Assembly (NCBI RefSeq): GCF_009914755.1
Contig: NC_060930.1
Length of the DNA: 64,000 nt
Reading direction: 5' to 3' (one strand)
DNA from: the human T2T-CHM13v2.0 reference genome, Homo sapiens
The first letter of the stretch is position 1, and each line of letters opens with the position of its first letter. Shown in pieces: positions 14,895 to 29,012 of the stretch. The position numbers and the translations under genes were made by a program. The notes beneath the pieces are model-generated. The model was not told the origin of the DNA. It saw only the letters and a list, made by a program, of their open reading frames with translations, and searched no databases.

Positions 14895-15225
14895 AGCACT
14901 AGAGTATAGTGGTTTAAAAAAAAAATGAATTTTGGAGTCAGATAAATCTAGATTTGAATTAATAGCTCTGATATTTATTATCTGTGATGTTTGAAGAAAG
15001 TTGTTTAATTTTTAAGCTTTAGCTTCTTAATCTGTAAAACAGGGAGACTGCGGACCTCTCATGAAAAGATGAAATGAGGTAACATACATAAATTGCAAGT
15101 ACAGTGCCTGGCATACTATAAACACTCAAATAAGGTTAAAGTTTTTCTCTCAGAGAAGCTAAGTAACTTGGTTGTGGTTATTCAGTTAGTAAGGGGTTTG
15201 AAAATGGTCTGCCCTATGCCAAAGC
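14895..15225. mobile_element. MIR fragments (sense copy followed by antisense piece)
   Basis: ttggagtcagata...tctgtaaaacaggg...acagtgcctggcatactat core motifs. Confidence 0.75.
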
Positions 15226-15477
15226 CACACTTTTATGTTAATGAATGTTTATTCTGTACATTAAATTCACTTGAAATAATATAATTACAAAAGTTTCCAA
15301 ATTAAATTTAAATAAAATTAAATGTTACTTTGGTATAAGGAAGAGTGTATCAGTTTGATATTGGTTTAGTTATTAAGTTAATTTAAATGTATAACTTTAA
15401 GGAAATATATACTTGAAAATTATTCTAAACCAAAAAGCTCAAGTGTTTTAGAAAGATAAGGAAAAATAAACATCACT

Positions 15478-15853
15478 ATATTTCTTAGTCTGGTCAGGCT
15501 GCTACTGCAAAATACCATAAACTGAGTGGCTTAATCAACAGACATTTATTTTTCATAGTTCTGAAGGTTGGGAAATCAAAATCAACATGCCGGCAGATTC
15601 CGTTCCTGGTGAGGGCTCTTTTCCTGGCTTGCAGAAAGGTCACCTTATTTTTGTATCCTCCCACACATGGCAGAAGAGAGAGGGCTCTGGCACCTCTTCT
15701 TACAAGGGTACTAATCCCACCATGGGGGACTCCACCCTTATGATCTCATCTAAACTTAATTACCCCCAAAGGCCCCACTTCCAAATACCATCATATCAGG
15801 GATCAAGGATTCAACATATGAATTTTGAGGGACACAAACATTTAGTCCACAGA
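15478..15853 (-). mobile_element. MLT1A-type MaLR solo LTR
   Basis: tcaggctgctactgcaaaataccataaactgagtggcttaatcaacag...ttcaacatatgaattttgagggacacaaacatt. Confidence 0.85.
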
Positions 15854-15949
15854 ATCATGTGTACTTTCTTGAATTTGTACCTTTCAAATAGACTGTAAGG
15901 TTATTATCTACAATATGTTACATGGATCACATAACATGGACCACATATC

Positions 15950-16100
15950 ATGGCAATTAACAGTACAGTTTCTATTTCATGATGGCCAGAATTAAAAATT
16001 CCAGCTTTTCCACTTAATACTGTGTAAACTTGGGCAAGTGACTCCACTATTTCAGCCTTCGAATTCCTCACCTATAAAATGTGGGTAGTTATAACAGTAG
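15950..16100 (+). mobile_element. MIR fragment
   Basis: ccacttaatactgtgtaaacttgggcaagtgact...cctcacctataaaatg. Confidence 0.7.
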
Positions 16101-17972
16101 TAACACAAGACCAAATCCAATATTACTCTTACTAAACAGTATTATAGGAAGTATCTTAGTTTTAATACAATATGCTAAATTATATATGAACCAAAAGAGT
16201 TAAACTTCTAAAATCCCAATTAATTTCACAGGAGTAGCTCTTCCAATGACAGGAATAAACCAAATAATAAAAAAGTTGAAAACACATGATATACTGTATA
16301 TCCAAGTTTTGTACTTTTATTTTTGCTTTAGCAATTATTATTGCCATATTTTACCTCAGAGTTATAATTTACTAAAGTGCTTTTTGCAGGCTTTTTCTTC
16401 TTGATGCCCCAGGGAACTTTCTTTTAACATAAATCTTCTTCAGAAATAAATAAATCTATTGTCTGCACAGCTTTTACCATCAAGAAATTCAAATAAACAC
16501 ACATTTATTATTTATACCTTAGCCTGAATGGGATTGTTCTGAATCCCCAATTTAAAGACATTTTTAAATGGGCATATGTGGAAATTCTTTCCTGACAGAA
16601 CAAATTAGTTGCCCCAAATTTACACACACAAAGGGTTTTTGTACAAATGGATGCATATAAGTGCATGATAGAGAAGCAATAGCTAGATCCTGAAGAGCAC
16701 CTCTAACTCTTGTCACTTCACTTCCAAATGCCTGCTCTCTTTGAATTAAATGTGGCAAGAATTCTTCCAGGATCAGGCCATCCATACTCCAAATGGTCAT
16801 CTATGAGAAGGGAAATCTTCACAATTGCACATCCACACAATACTCACTAGATTCATGAAGGGCACAGAAAGTACTACAAGCATCAAAAGAACCAAGGGTG
16901 ATATTTTAAAAAGTAGCCCAGGATTCTGAACACAGAGATGTGGTTAGTGCCAAACACAAGTGATTAGTGCCAAACACAAGTTTACTTATCTTGGGTTTGT
17001 AGTCTGTGGGTTTACTAGAGAATAGGAACATTAAATCATATACTCTAGGCTATATCAAGGATGGTTAATTCCTCAAATAATAAAAGGGTGTTGTCCAAAC
17101 AGTGAAAGAGTGTCTTGATATAGTAAGAGCAGCTGTTTAATCAAGGAAAAGAAGGCAATTAATCTTGACCAAATGGAATCTACAGAAAAGTTGATAGGTC
17201 TTCACTCTGAATTAACATATGAGAGACTTGTTTTCCTACATTTCAGTTGCCTATTAATTAGTGTACTCACAAATACTTGTTTCATGGAACAGGGCAATAT
17301 GGGAGTACACTTATCTCAATGATCTTCTCTTATCTTTTCTTTCTCAATTCCAACTGGATACAAATGGGCTTTCTTAGGGTTCAGTAGAAGAAACTGGTCT
17401 AGGACTACAGAGGTGCTTGGAAAACAGTGTTGGAATCTAATGACAAGACACAGAAAATGGGGAGTAGGTGCTGGGAAGAAACTGGCACTCAGAGATCTCT
17501 GGACTCGCAGAGGAAGTGCATGTAAGTGTACTAGTTCTCCCTGACCTCAAAAGCTGAGAAGAAACCAAGAAACTGGTTGAGTACACTTTGCCTTTGAGAT
17601 TGGGAAAAATCAGAAAAACCAAAGAGCAAAGGTATCAGGGCATCACAGGCCCACAAGGGTGAGAATCACTTTGGTTTCCACTGTTTGAAGGATTCTAACA
17701 CTATTGCATTTCAACAACCATATCTACACTAACAAATAAAAACAGCAACCAATACTAGCAGTCATAAAGAGGAAAAGCAGAAAGAACATTTGAACACATG
17801 CCATTTAAACACATGTCAACTGAATTGCTGGAAAAAAGATGAACGCTTGAATAAAAACATTTTTAAAAGAAGTTGAGGAGATGAAATTCAGACACAAAAT
17901 GTATGGTGTTAAAAGACATGATTTACCATGTACAGACAAATACAAATTAAAAATCAGAGGCTAGATTCTCCC

Positions 17973-18630
17973 TGTTGAAAATAGATTTCCCCACTCTCCT
18001 TTTTCTCAGAGCATTTATGTTAGAAAACTTGTAATTATAAGTGCTTTCTCCTCCTTTTGAAATATATATAAACCCTTTTGGAGACTAGATAGGCCTTTTG
18101 TCAGGTTTATGACCTAGTAATATCTTTCCCAAGGGCTCAGGAAACCATCTCTTTAAAATGTAAACATCATTGGAGATAGCATCCCTGTCTCCCAGTTTCT
18201 GTCAAAGGATAGGAGCCTAACTTTGTGGATGTCTTGTTCCAAGTTGCAAAACTACTTCCTGTCATAAAGACACAAGAAGTTTGTTTGTTTTTCCTTTGGA
18301 TAAAGCTAATTAGCTAATTCAGATGCTCACCCCAATTGCCAGGTAAGGTTAGGGTGAATTATGTTTGACAAATGGTGCTGTCACATTCTCTTACTTGGGC
18401 CTACTTATTGTTTTCCTTGAAAACACATATGTAATGGGTTGTATCTGCTTGGCTATAAAAAAATGTGAGATTTCTTTCTGTCTTTGCAATCTCTTAGTAG
18501 ATTGCCTGTGATGTGCATCACATTCAGGTTTAATGCTCATTCACTAATAAAAGTGTTCACTTTCTCTGGAAAGAGGAGAGTTTTTCTGGGTTGGGAGAAG
18601 ATTTTTGTTTTTAATTGTATTTCTTCATCA
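17973..18630 (+). mobile_element. ERV1 MER4-group solo LTR (subfamily uncertain)
   Basis: TG...CA ends, tataaaa at ~18455, aataaa at ~18546, and motif ggagcctaactt...ccaagttgcaaaactacttcctgtcataaag. Confidence 0.7.
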
Positions 18631-18657
18631 CCCACTGAAACAAATGGTAACAGATGC

Positions 18658-19088
18658 TGTTGATACTCTGCTCATATCCCCCTGCCCTACTATCTCCATG
18701 CAATCAGCATTGATTTGTCTTTTTGCCTGAGGGCTTGCTCTGGCCTCTGGATAGCTCCACCTTAGCATAGAACAGGGAAGAAATCTGCTTTCCAAGTCTC
18801 AACTAGTGACTGGGGTGGGGTTGGGGAGGAATTGGTGTATAAATAGGCAAGGTTGTTCAACCCTTGCATGGGCTAACTTGTATGTTCTTTCTCAGAGTTC
18901 TGTGGTGGAATAAGCACCAGTTGCCCACAGTTTTAACTTGCTTGAGAATGCACCCTCTCTGGGTTCCATTCATTTTCTTATTTTACTTCCTCATGCCTCT
19001 ACGTGGACCACCAGAGATCTTCCAAACAAACCTCACATAAGTAAATTTTGCCACAGTCCCTCTGCTGGGGGAACTCAATCCAAGGTAA
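18658..19088 (+). mobile_element. LTR16-type ERVL solo LTR
   Basis: ccagttgcccacag...aatgcaccct...ctgctgggggaactcaatccaag resembles the LTR16 3' half. Confidence 0.7.
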
Positions 19089-19602
19089 TTCAGTAGATTA
19101 AATTAAGAAGAAGATAGCTGAAATCAGATTTTTTGTCCAGAAAGTTTAAATGCAAAATAAAGCCATGAATTAACAAAGATGATGAAGGAAACATTAGGGA
19201 AGTGGAGGGTAGACCCAGGAAAGTTAATATGGCAATAATAATTTTTTAAAAATCTACTTATATAAATTCTACAAAGAGAGATAAGAAATAACAAAAATGA
19301 ATAATGAATGTGATGATTACAATGGCTTATTTAATTCCACACTTAATTGGAAAGACTCACAGGGTATATCACATTAAAATCTCTGAACATGAAGTAAAAC
19401 AAAAACAAACAAGAGCTCATACAAGCTTCTAGAAGTAGAACTACAAAGAAAAAAATCAATTGGCATTGAACTTCTCATCTATGAAAATTTGAATTTAGAA
19501 ATAAGAAGAATAACATCTTCTGAACAGCAAGCTCTGTGCTGAGTACTTCACACACATAATTTTATTTTGTACTTCAGAAACAGTACCTAGCATTGGATAA
19601 CC

Positions 19603-19916
<314 letters not shown>

Positions 19917-21489
19917 TTAGCATTGAGAACTACATGACTCCTGAGTTCCCAGGGCCGTGGATGATTATAGTATAATAAGGTGATGTGTCATCATTTTGAC
20001 TTTTCCACTATAAAATATGATATTCTTCCAGGAAATACAACGTTTAGACCACCTGGAATTAAGTCCATTAAAAAATTTTCACTAATGCAAACAGAAAAAG
20101 CCTATTTCTAAGAAGTCTCAATAGCCTAAAATTAGTGAGAAATTAAAATGCTTGAGTGTATGCCAAATAAAGTAATAAGCAAATCAAAAGCTGTTTGTCA
20201 AGAACATCTTTGTAGATAGTATTTTGAAATCACTTTATGTAGCACGCTGAGTCTTAGGGTAGTTGGGTCCTGTTTTCTATTTCAAGAAGAGGAATCCTCA
20301 TGAAGAAAAGGCTTAATGAAGTCTGAGACAGGCATGCTTTGAGTTTGGAATAGGGCCCAGGAAGAAAGATGGGTTGAAAAGAAACCTACGAAACCAATTA
20401 AGAAATGAAGTGAGCTGGGCAAGAGGATCTCAATAAAGTAATCTTCCCCCAGTAGATATTGCCAGAATCACTTCTGAGCCTTATGATGTTGAAAGGGTGA
20501 GTCGTCACTGCCAACCAATAATGGAAAAGCAAACACAAGTGAGTCTCAGTTGGCAGGGAGCAATAGGCCAAATGCCTCTTTTTGAAATAAATTTTCAAGG
20601 TGGAATATCAGTTTCTGGGAGGACATCTTGTTTGTGGAGGAGCCAGCAGCAGGATGCCAAGACAGCTCTGACCCAGGGCTCTGAATGGAGTGACTAAGCC
20701 AGAGAGGGGAAAACAAGTACAACACAACGAAAGACTACAAAGGCTGCTGAAGAAGGTCTTGCAGAATTGTATAGATGTTGCCCACTGGGAAGGCAATGGT
20801 TGCAGACTGATCAACATGGCCCTACACAATGTCATATGGAATGTTTTACTTTGGACAGATGCATTATGCTGTTCATCAGGCAAACGGACTGAGAAGTAAG
20901 CACCATTAGGACCTATAAAGTGGCTAACCACTTACTAGAATATAGCTGGTATCAGTGTGAAAGGGCATCCAAATTTACAGCATGTACTCAAAGTCAATAA
21001 ATGCCAGGGGCAGAAAATATATACTGTTGCTACTTTTAGCTTTTGAAAATCAAACTTGATCATATTAGTTCCTGCTTACAAGTCTTGGCTAACATCTTGT
21101 TTACCTAAACTTCAACAATTTTATCCTGGCATTTCAGACTTTTAAAATTTGACACTGGTTTAGCTTACTTGTTCCATCTTCTGCCATCTCCTTTGTGAAC
21201 ACCATTTTTCAATCATAAGAAAATACTCACGTTTCTTAGAAATTACCATCCTCTTTTAAACCTCTATGCACATTTCTTCTTCTTGCAAGGTTCAGATTGA
21301 ATATATTTAGCTAGACTCCACAGACTCAGCAATGCAGAAGTGATTGCTCCACAGTATCTTCCATGTAATATCTTCTAAATGATATTAGTTCTTAAATATT
21401 TGGTATTATGTTACTAATATCAATTGTATCCTGCCTCAGAATATTTGGCTCCATGGGACCATGGAGTATGTTTTTCTGTAGGGGTCTGA

Positions 21490-21526
21490 TGTGTGTGTGT
21501 GTGTGTTTGTGCGCGCGTGCGCACGC
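21490..21526. repeat. (TG)n/(CG)n alternating purine-pyrimidine tract
   Basis: gtgtgtgtgtgtgtgtttgtgcgcgcgtgcgcacgc. Confidence 0.9.
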
Positions 21527-22543
21527 TTATATGTGTAACCAGAGTGGGAACAGTATAGTTAACTGAGGCTTTTAAAATCATATATAAATGGTTAAGAACA
21601 TGTATAATCTCTACACACATTTGTATTAATCATTTTAATCAAAGAAACAGCTTTCTGTTACCTGGAAAACAAGTATTTTCCAGGGGGAATGAAGGACACA
21701 GAAATTTGACCTCTTAAATATTGCAACGTCTTATCAAATGATCTTTTTCCCTTTCTATCCTTTATTTTTGTAAACTTAATGAATGCTCTACCAATACTGG
21801 AAAGTACACTCCTAGCACCAGAGATGCCTGCGAACCTGTAAGAGACGGCGTATATGGGAGGAAAGGTGTACTGGTGCCCTTCTGTAACTAAGCTTCAAGC
21901 GCAGTTGCTTACCAGGAAACTGATATGATATTGAGGCTGCTACAAAATTTCTCTTGGGCCCCGAAAAGCCCCTTTGCAGAATGTTTTCTCAAAGTCTGCA
22001 AAATTGATGTTTTTGGGAAAAGTGTAAAGGCAGAGTATGGGAGGAAGAGCAAAGGCCTGGATATAGGCTCCCCATAATACTTTATACTTGTTGGCACACA
22101 TCTTATTTCATGTGGCCCAGAAAATATGTTTGCCAGGAGAGAAACTTTTCCCTACTAGCCATGACAGATGTTTTCTTCATAGTATCACCGAAAACCTTTC
22201 ATCACCACCTACCTATATTTACATAGGGCTTAGACTCGCTCTTTCTTTACTCCAGGGCAGCAAGCATATTGAGATGCTACATAAACAGAAAGAAAAATAA
22301 TAGCTTAAAATAAAAAGTATTTGTCCTATAGAACTGATAATTATAGAAGAGATATAAAAATATTAATAGAGTCTGCAAAGTTTTAATCCAATCTCTTCTG
22401 AGCATATCCCCCTCCCCACCACTGCTAGCCTCAAAAGCCAGCTTGCCTACAGCTATGGCAGTCAACAGTAATTAACATATCTGGAGAAATAAGATCACGG
22501 ACAGGAGGGCTACAACTGCCCTCTACTCCTTCAGTCCCATAAA

Positions 22544-22546
<3 letters not shown>

Positions 22547-22582
<36 letters not shown>
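22547..22582. repeat. (TA)n microsatellite
   Basis: Direct observation. Confidence 0.95.
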
Positions 22583-22586
<4 letters not shown>

Positions 22587-23399
22587 ATGTGAGCTTATAT
22601 ATTTAGCTGCTTGCTCCTGGTGCTAACATTGCTATAGCTCTGAAAAGAAAAATGAATGTATATTGGCTATCCACAATGTCCTACAACAACACTAGGGATT
22701 TTCTCACCTATGAAGTTATTTAAACCTTGTAATAGGTTAATGTTATCTGCATTTTGACTCTTAAGGAAACAAAAGATTTTTTGACTATACCAGACTAAAC
22801 TTTAGGAAATTGATTGACTCAAATATTCAGCTCAATGATAACTGTCAAACTCACACGTGATAATCATATTTTACCTCATATAACAAAATAGAAAGTAAAG
22901 TCAAGCCTGAGGCTGGATCCTGATCTACAGAGTATTTTGCTGTTTACCTTGCTGCCTGCTGCTCAAGGAACTGACTGGCAGGAATGCAGCTGTTATTGGT
23001 ACACAAGAAACTCCCCTTAGTGAGCTAAATTTAAGGTGCCAAATAAATTACAATTTTCCTAATCTCAATGGTCTCAGGAATTCTAATAAAGCCTTAATTC
23101 TCAGGGAGGATTTCTGCAAGGAGGCGTAATCCAAGGATATGGTCACTTCAGTCTTATAGATTCAAAGACTCCCTTTGACCAGAATAGGCATTGGGATAGA
23201 ACTCACCTCTAAAAGAATGTCTTTCAAGACCAGCATGAATTGACAGCAGATTACCTTTATTCCAGACTCAGACTGGTAAGAAGAAACTAATCATTTTCTT
23301 AAGAATCCTCTACCATTCCCCTTTTGAGACTGCCTACATCTGCCTGAAACATAAGGATCTGGAAAGATGGCCTTGATGGTTTTGCTCTAAACAGTCACT

Positions 23400-24030
23400 A
23401 ACATAATGTTAATGTATTAATGTAATAAATATTTAAAATGCACCTTCTTGTGAAGACTCTGTGTTATGAGTTTTTGGGGGTGGTCTCTGACCTGAGAGAG
23501 CTCATTGTTTATACATAGAGAGATAAGGCAACTACATATAATAAATTCTGGTATGAGATAAAGGTCAGAAGAAAAGTTATGGGACGTTTATTCATGGGCT
23601 TATATACTCATTCAGCAAAGTTTACTGAGTAAGGATGCAAAATATTTATTGTAAGTGCAATAAAAGAAACAAAAGGAGTGGGAAGATCCTGGTAAAATGG
23701 TGTACTATTTGGACAGAGTGCGTGTGGGGTCTTCGTGGTGAGTAATGAGAAGGTGCTCACCTCCAAGGACCCCAGGGGCAAGTGGGTGAAGCAGTATTGC
23801 AGGCACAGAGGAGAAGGGAAAATATTCTAAGGGAGGCAGGAAAAAAATGGGCACGTCTGAGGAATAGAAAGAAAGCCCGCGTGGCTTGAGCATAGGGAAT
23901 AGAATAGAAAATGGAAGCAAATAAGGTTTGAAGTAGAAGATGTAGACAACTATATAGGGCTTTGTAAGGCCACAATAAAGGGTTCATTTTTCCTGCGTTT
24001 GAACCCTTTATCATGGCCTACAAGGCACTA
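23400..24030 (-). mobile_element. L2 LINE fragments
   Basis: atatagggctttgtaaggccacaataaagg and aagaaagcccgcgtggcttgagcatag are antisense L2-like. Boundaries approximate. Confidence 0.55.
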
Positions 24031-25701
24031 TATTATGTATAATATATAGGGTATCTATATGTTGCTTATTAGGGGAGATGGGGACCTTGATCCTGAATTT
24101 TGCACATGTAGCTAAGTGTATCACAAAAGGTACAATTAATTGAGAAGAGTTGAATGGTAAGAAGTGTTCAATTGTCAAGTGATAAAATTGCTAATATATC
24201 AAAATATTAGAAAAACAAGACTTTATCCTAGAAGTGACTATTTTTGCTTTACTTTTTAACATATTTAATGTCTACTTTTCTAACATACAACGTATGATAG
24301 AAGAGGTATTGGCTCAGCTAGGCTTTGAAGAATGTCTGGGATTTAAAAATGAGCAGGGAGCAAGGAGCAAGTCAAGAAGAAGGAACATCAAGAATGTAAT
24401 CTCACCTGCCTGTTTGCTTTGGGAAGTCCAGGGTTATAACACTGTTTTTGTCCAATAATTAATGGTACTTCCTTTCACTCTCAGAAGCCACTCAAAAGGC
24501 AGGCATGCAAGGGGTCCATGTGATCTCACGTGCAAAAGTCAGGGTGAGTCTGAATGTGGGGACTCTGTAGTTATAACTGAGGGATTGGACTTTAGTTATT
24601 TTAACTAAGAGTGGGGAAGGATATTGAAGATATATGAGGAGGGTAATTAGCACTATGTTTCAGAGAAAAAAAAATCAGATAGTAGTTTATAAAATGTATC
24701 TGTCCACTTTTAAGTTGATTCACCACTCTTCTCCCCACCAATTATCTATTTGTAAATAGATGCCTTAAATTTATGTCTTTTAAGTATTATCTTACAAGGA
24801 TCTTTATCAGTTACTTAATTTTAAATGAAAAATTACTGTTTGTGAAAAATACATTTGTCTAGACTTCCATCAATGCATGCTAGCTTGAGAAACTTATAGA
24901 TCATCTAATAACACTGGTGAAAAAGGAAAAGAGACAAAGAAATTGAACACAAGTATAACTACTTCTGGATCTATGACCTCATGACTGGCTATGTGAACTG
25001 TCCTTCGAAGACAACTTTTAAAAGCAATATCATATTTAATCTGTCTACAGGGCAAGTGTTAAAAATGTTTTAATACTTTATAAAAGGGTATCTGTGACTT
25101 GGAATGAAATCTCCAATTAGAGCATCACACAGAGTTTCAAAAAGTATTTACATGAAAATAATTTACATGAAAATGAAAATGATGTGCTAAGGAAAGCTTT
25201 TAAATGACTCAGAGATTAGCCAAATGAGATACTGATGTCAAGAGTTTGAAGACATTAAATACAAGAGACAAATAGAAAAATAAAACACTATTTAAATCTC
25301 TCTCTATCCAATTTAGTTAATATCATTAAGTGGATATTTGCTATTATATCTATATTCCTACATGTCTTGATAATCAAGTTTGCTAAATGTTTTTTTCTGG
25401 GCCTTTTTATTGGCAAATTGGGTATTCACTTTGCATTTTGGATTATGTTATATCAAGGAATGGTTAGTAGAGGGCAAAATGGAAATGTTCCTCCTCTGAA
25501 AAGGCAACTTTCTCCAGTTCAGGCACTCTGATTTATCATCATTTTCTCTAAATTGAATTAAGCCCAATTGAACTTTTTACTTTAACCTATTGCTCTTTTT
25601 GAGTCACATATAACTTTAATATCTTTTCATTGTGATAGCCTTTTAAATATTAAATAAACATACACACTCTCTTTTACCCCTCCTCCCCCCCTCACCCCCC
25701 C

Positions 25702-26119
<418 letters not shown>

Positions 26120-28879
26120 TTAGCTGCCTACAAGTTTAAATGTATTATTTTGTCACAGGAAAGAGAAAATAACTATCACCCTATTGATTCTGAGTGCAAA
26201 GGTACATAAATACTTGATAAGATAGGATTGCCCCACACTTGACTCCTCTTTGACTTATAGTCAATGGAGACCTCTAGGATTGTCACATGTATTGCTGGAT
26301 GCTCGTAAGTAGTATCACTGATATTCTGAAATTAGCTGTTAAAATTTTTAATTGAAATAACTAAATGCAACCCATTATTCAAGTTTAACTATACCAGTTT
26401 TTCCCAAACATCCCTCTCCAGGTCCCTTCTCTTGCAAATTCGGTAAGGGTGTGATTGTCATTGCCATCTAAGCCCACTGATAAAATGACCTTACCTAAAT
26501 TTAGGACCTTCTTCTAATTTAACACCAATCCATGTAAATGAGCACTTTTAGGGTTTAACCAGCTATGGATCCTCCTAATCCTCAATAAAGCCCTTAAGGA
26601 TATAGTGAGCAGCATCATATATACTGACTCTGGAGAATGTTCTCTCAAGGCCTTGTTCCCTACTAACTCCCAGCCCAGCTTACATGTTATTTTCCTAAGC
26701 TCCAATGACATTCTGTTGCCATTCTCCAAAGATCAATGACACGATTCTATATGAAATGTACAGTACTACAGAAGAGAGAAATAACTACTGCACATTCAGA
26801 AAGAGTTAGATATTCCAAAATATGACTAAGAAAAATGCTTAGAACAAAGAAATTGGAGCCTAAAATCAACTGGAATTAACCGGCCTGGTTTACTAATGTT
26901 CTCTAAAGTTTGGAGATACAGCAATTGTAATTAATTTTAAACCTGAATTATAGGTATAAATTAACATTACATAATTTACTTATTGTGCACACAGTGGTAC
27001 TGGAAATAAAATACATTTACTTTTAAATACATTTAGTTAAATTAAGAACCTGAATGAGGGAGACTTACTGAAAACTTCAGAGTAGTCTCAAAAGCCATGA
27101 GTAAAATAAAAAATCTTTAATGCAGTTTAATTAAGGCAATTTTAAAGAGTGAGAAGAAATTGAATTAATTCACTGAACAACTATTTCAATCAACCATCTT
27201 GTAATCATACTTCATTGACAACATTTTACTCATACTATAATAAGTTGCTATTTCTTACACTCCTGAAAAATTCAGTCAAAGGTGTCTGGAAGACATTTGA
27301 TTCCCTCTAGCAAAATGAGATTTTCATTTTGTCATAATATCTACATTTTGGTCTTAATTAATACTCAATCTCTACCTTATGAACAAAATGAAATGGGCCA
27401 AACATGCCAAATTTCATAGGATTTCTTTCCCAGAATGGAAAACACGTTTTCTTCTTTATCTTTATTTTTGGAGGTCACTTTAAACCAAAATACGTAGATA
27501 CGAGTTCCAGAAAACATTGTTTTATTCTTTCTTTCTGGCATATATTTTTAGTATATTTTTTGTGTTTGTTTTCTCCTTTGTCCTTCTGCTTTCCAAATTC
27601 ATGCCAATAATTAAAAAGGTCACCTTGGCTAGAAATAAAAGGAAATAAAAACTTTGATCCATTTGAAGTAATCTGCAAAACTCCAAGACAAAATGGCTTT
27701 CTGCTTCTCTTGACCTTTCCTGCTTCAAACATTGACCTTGAAGTCATACAAAATACTGCCTGTTCATCTAAGTATAACTTTATCCTGTATATAAACATAT
27801 ACATATCACACATATACACAAATATATGTACACATATATTTCAAACTATATTTAATAAGCTTTAGGCTTAGCTATATTTCTAAAATTTGTGTTTTCTTTG
27901 CCTACATTTTCTCATTTATTTTGTTTTGAGACTTGTTATCTTTATGTACTTACAAGCTGACTAAAATTCTTTCTTGCATTAAGGCAAACTATAAATCAAT
28001 TTGAAAATATTCAGTAATTGGGAGGAAAGAAACAAAACTACACTTATAAATTGACCTAACAAATGACCTGACTCATTTACATTAGGGTAAAAATTTGTTC
28101 ACCAATTTCCAACCTCCAACCCAAATAAAAGCATCCTCGAGTGATTTTATTTAAATGCTCAGAGAAATGCTAACTTTTCTTTCTGTATTAGCAAACAAGC
28201 ATTCCTGTAAATAAAAATTCTAATCAAGGTTTGCATAGTTACTGAAATGGATATTTATTATGTTATGTACGTATGGAGAACAATTTCTATAAATTTGTAC
28301 CTGATCAAGCATCATTATCATGAGTAATAACGCTGATATAACTTAAAGTTGTTTTCAGTATACTTCTTTCCTTTATATACTGTGGCACACTTTGGGTATA
28401 CCAAAAACACATCCTTTGGATGTGTTATGGCACATACCTTTGGATTTTGTGGATCCAAAGCTATGATCCTTTTTAAATTTCAAAAATAGTTTCTACAGTG
28501 CTTAAAAGTACAAATATTTTTAATATCCAACAATTTGCATAAATTTCACTCTACCAACTTAAATCAGATAAAAAATTATTAGACCAGGTGAGTTTTGGTA
28601 ATAATAGCACAAAATGAATTTTAAAGCCAGAGAAAAGCTGTTAAATTATGAAAAGGCATCTTTGTCTTTTATAGTTTTTTCTTCCATCAAACTCACTGTA
28701 ATGAGTTTGAGTTTTTATTTGATAAAAAACATTGTATTAATAACATAAAATATATTAGAGCATCATTATTAAAATCAGAAACAAAATTAAAGTTAGAATA
28801 TTAGATATCTTATGGTGAAAATCAGTACACATTAAAGTTATTTTCCCACTACTATAATAGCAAAACAAAAACTATTATA

Positions 28880-29012
28880 CTGTATTCTCATCTTAAGATC
28901 CTTAACTTAATTACATCTGCAAATCTCTGTTATCATATCAGATAATGTCTTTACAGTTTCCAGGATTAGGATGATATGGACATCTTTAGGGGGCCCTCAT
29001 ACAGACTACCAC
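28880..29012 (-). mobile_element. MLT1 (D/E-like) LTR fragment
   Basis: aagatccttaacttaattacatctgcaaa...ggattaggatgatatggacatctttaggggg...ctaccaca. Confidence 0.7.

Noticed and set aside
20380-20900. Plus-strand donors (AGG|gtgagt at 20497, CAA|gtgagt at 20539) and a cluster of small ORFs
   Set aside because: I could not pair them with convincing acceptors or a continuous reading frame.
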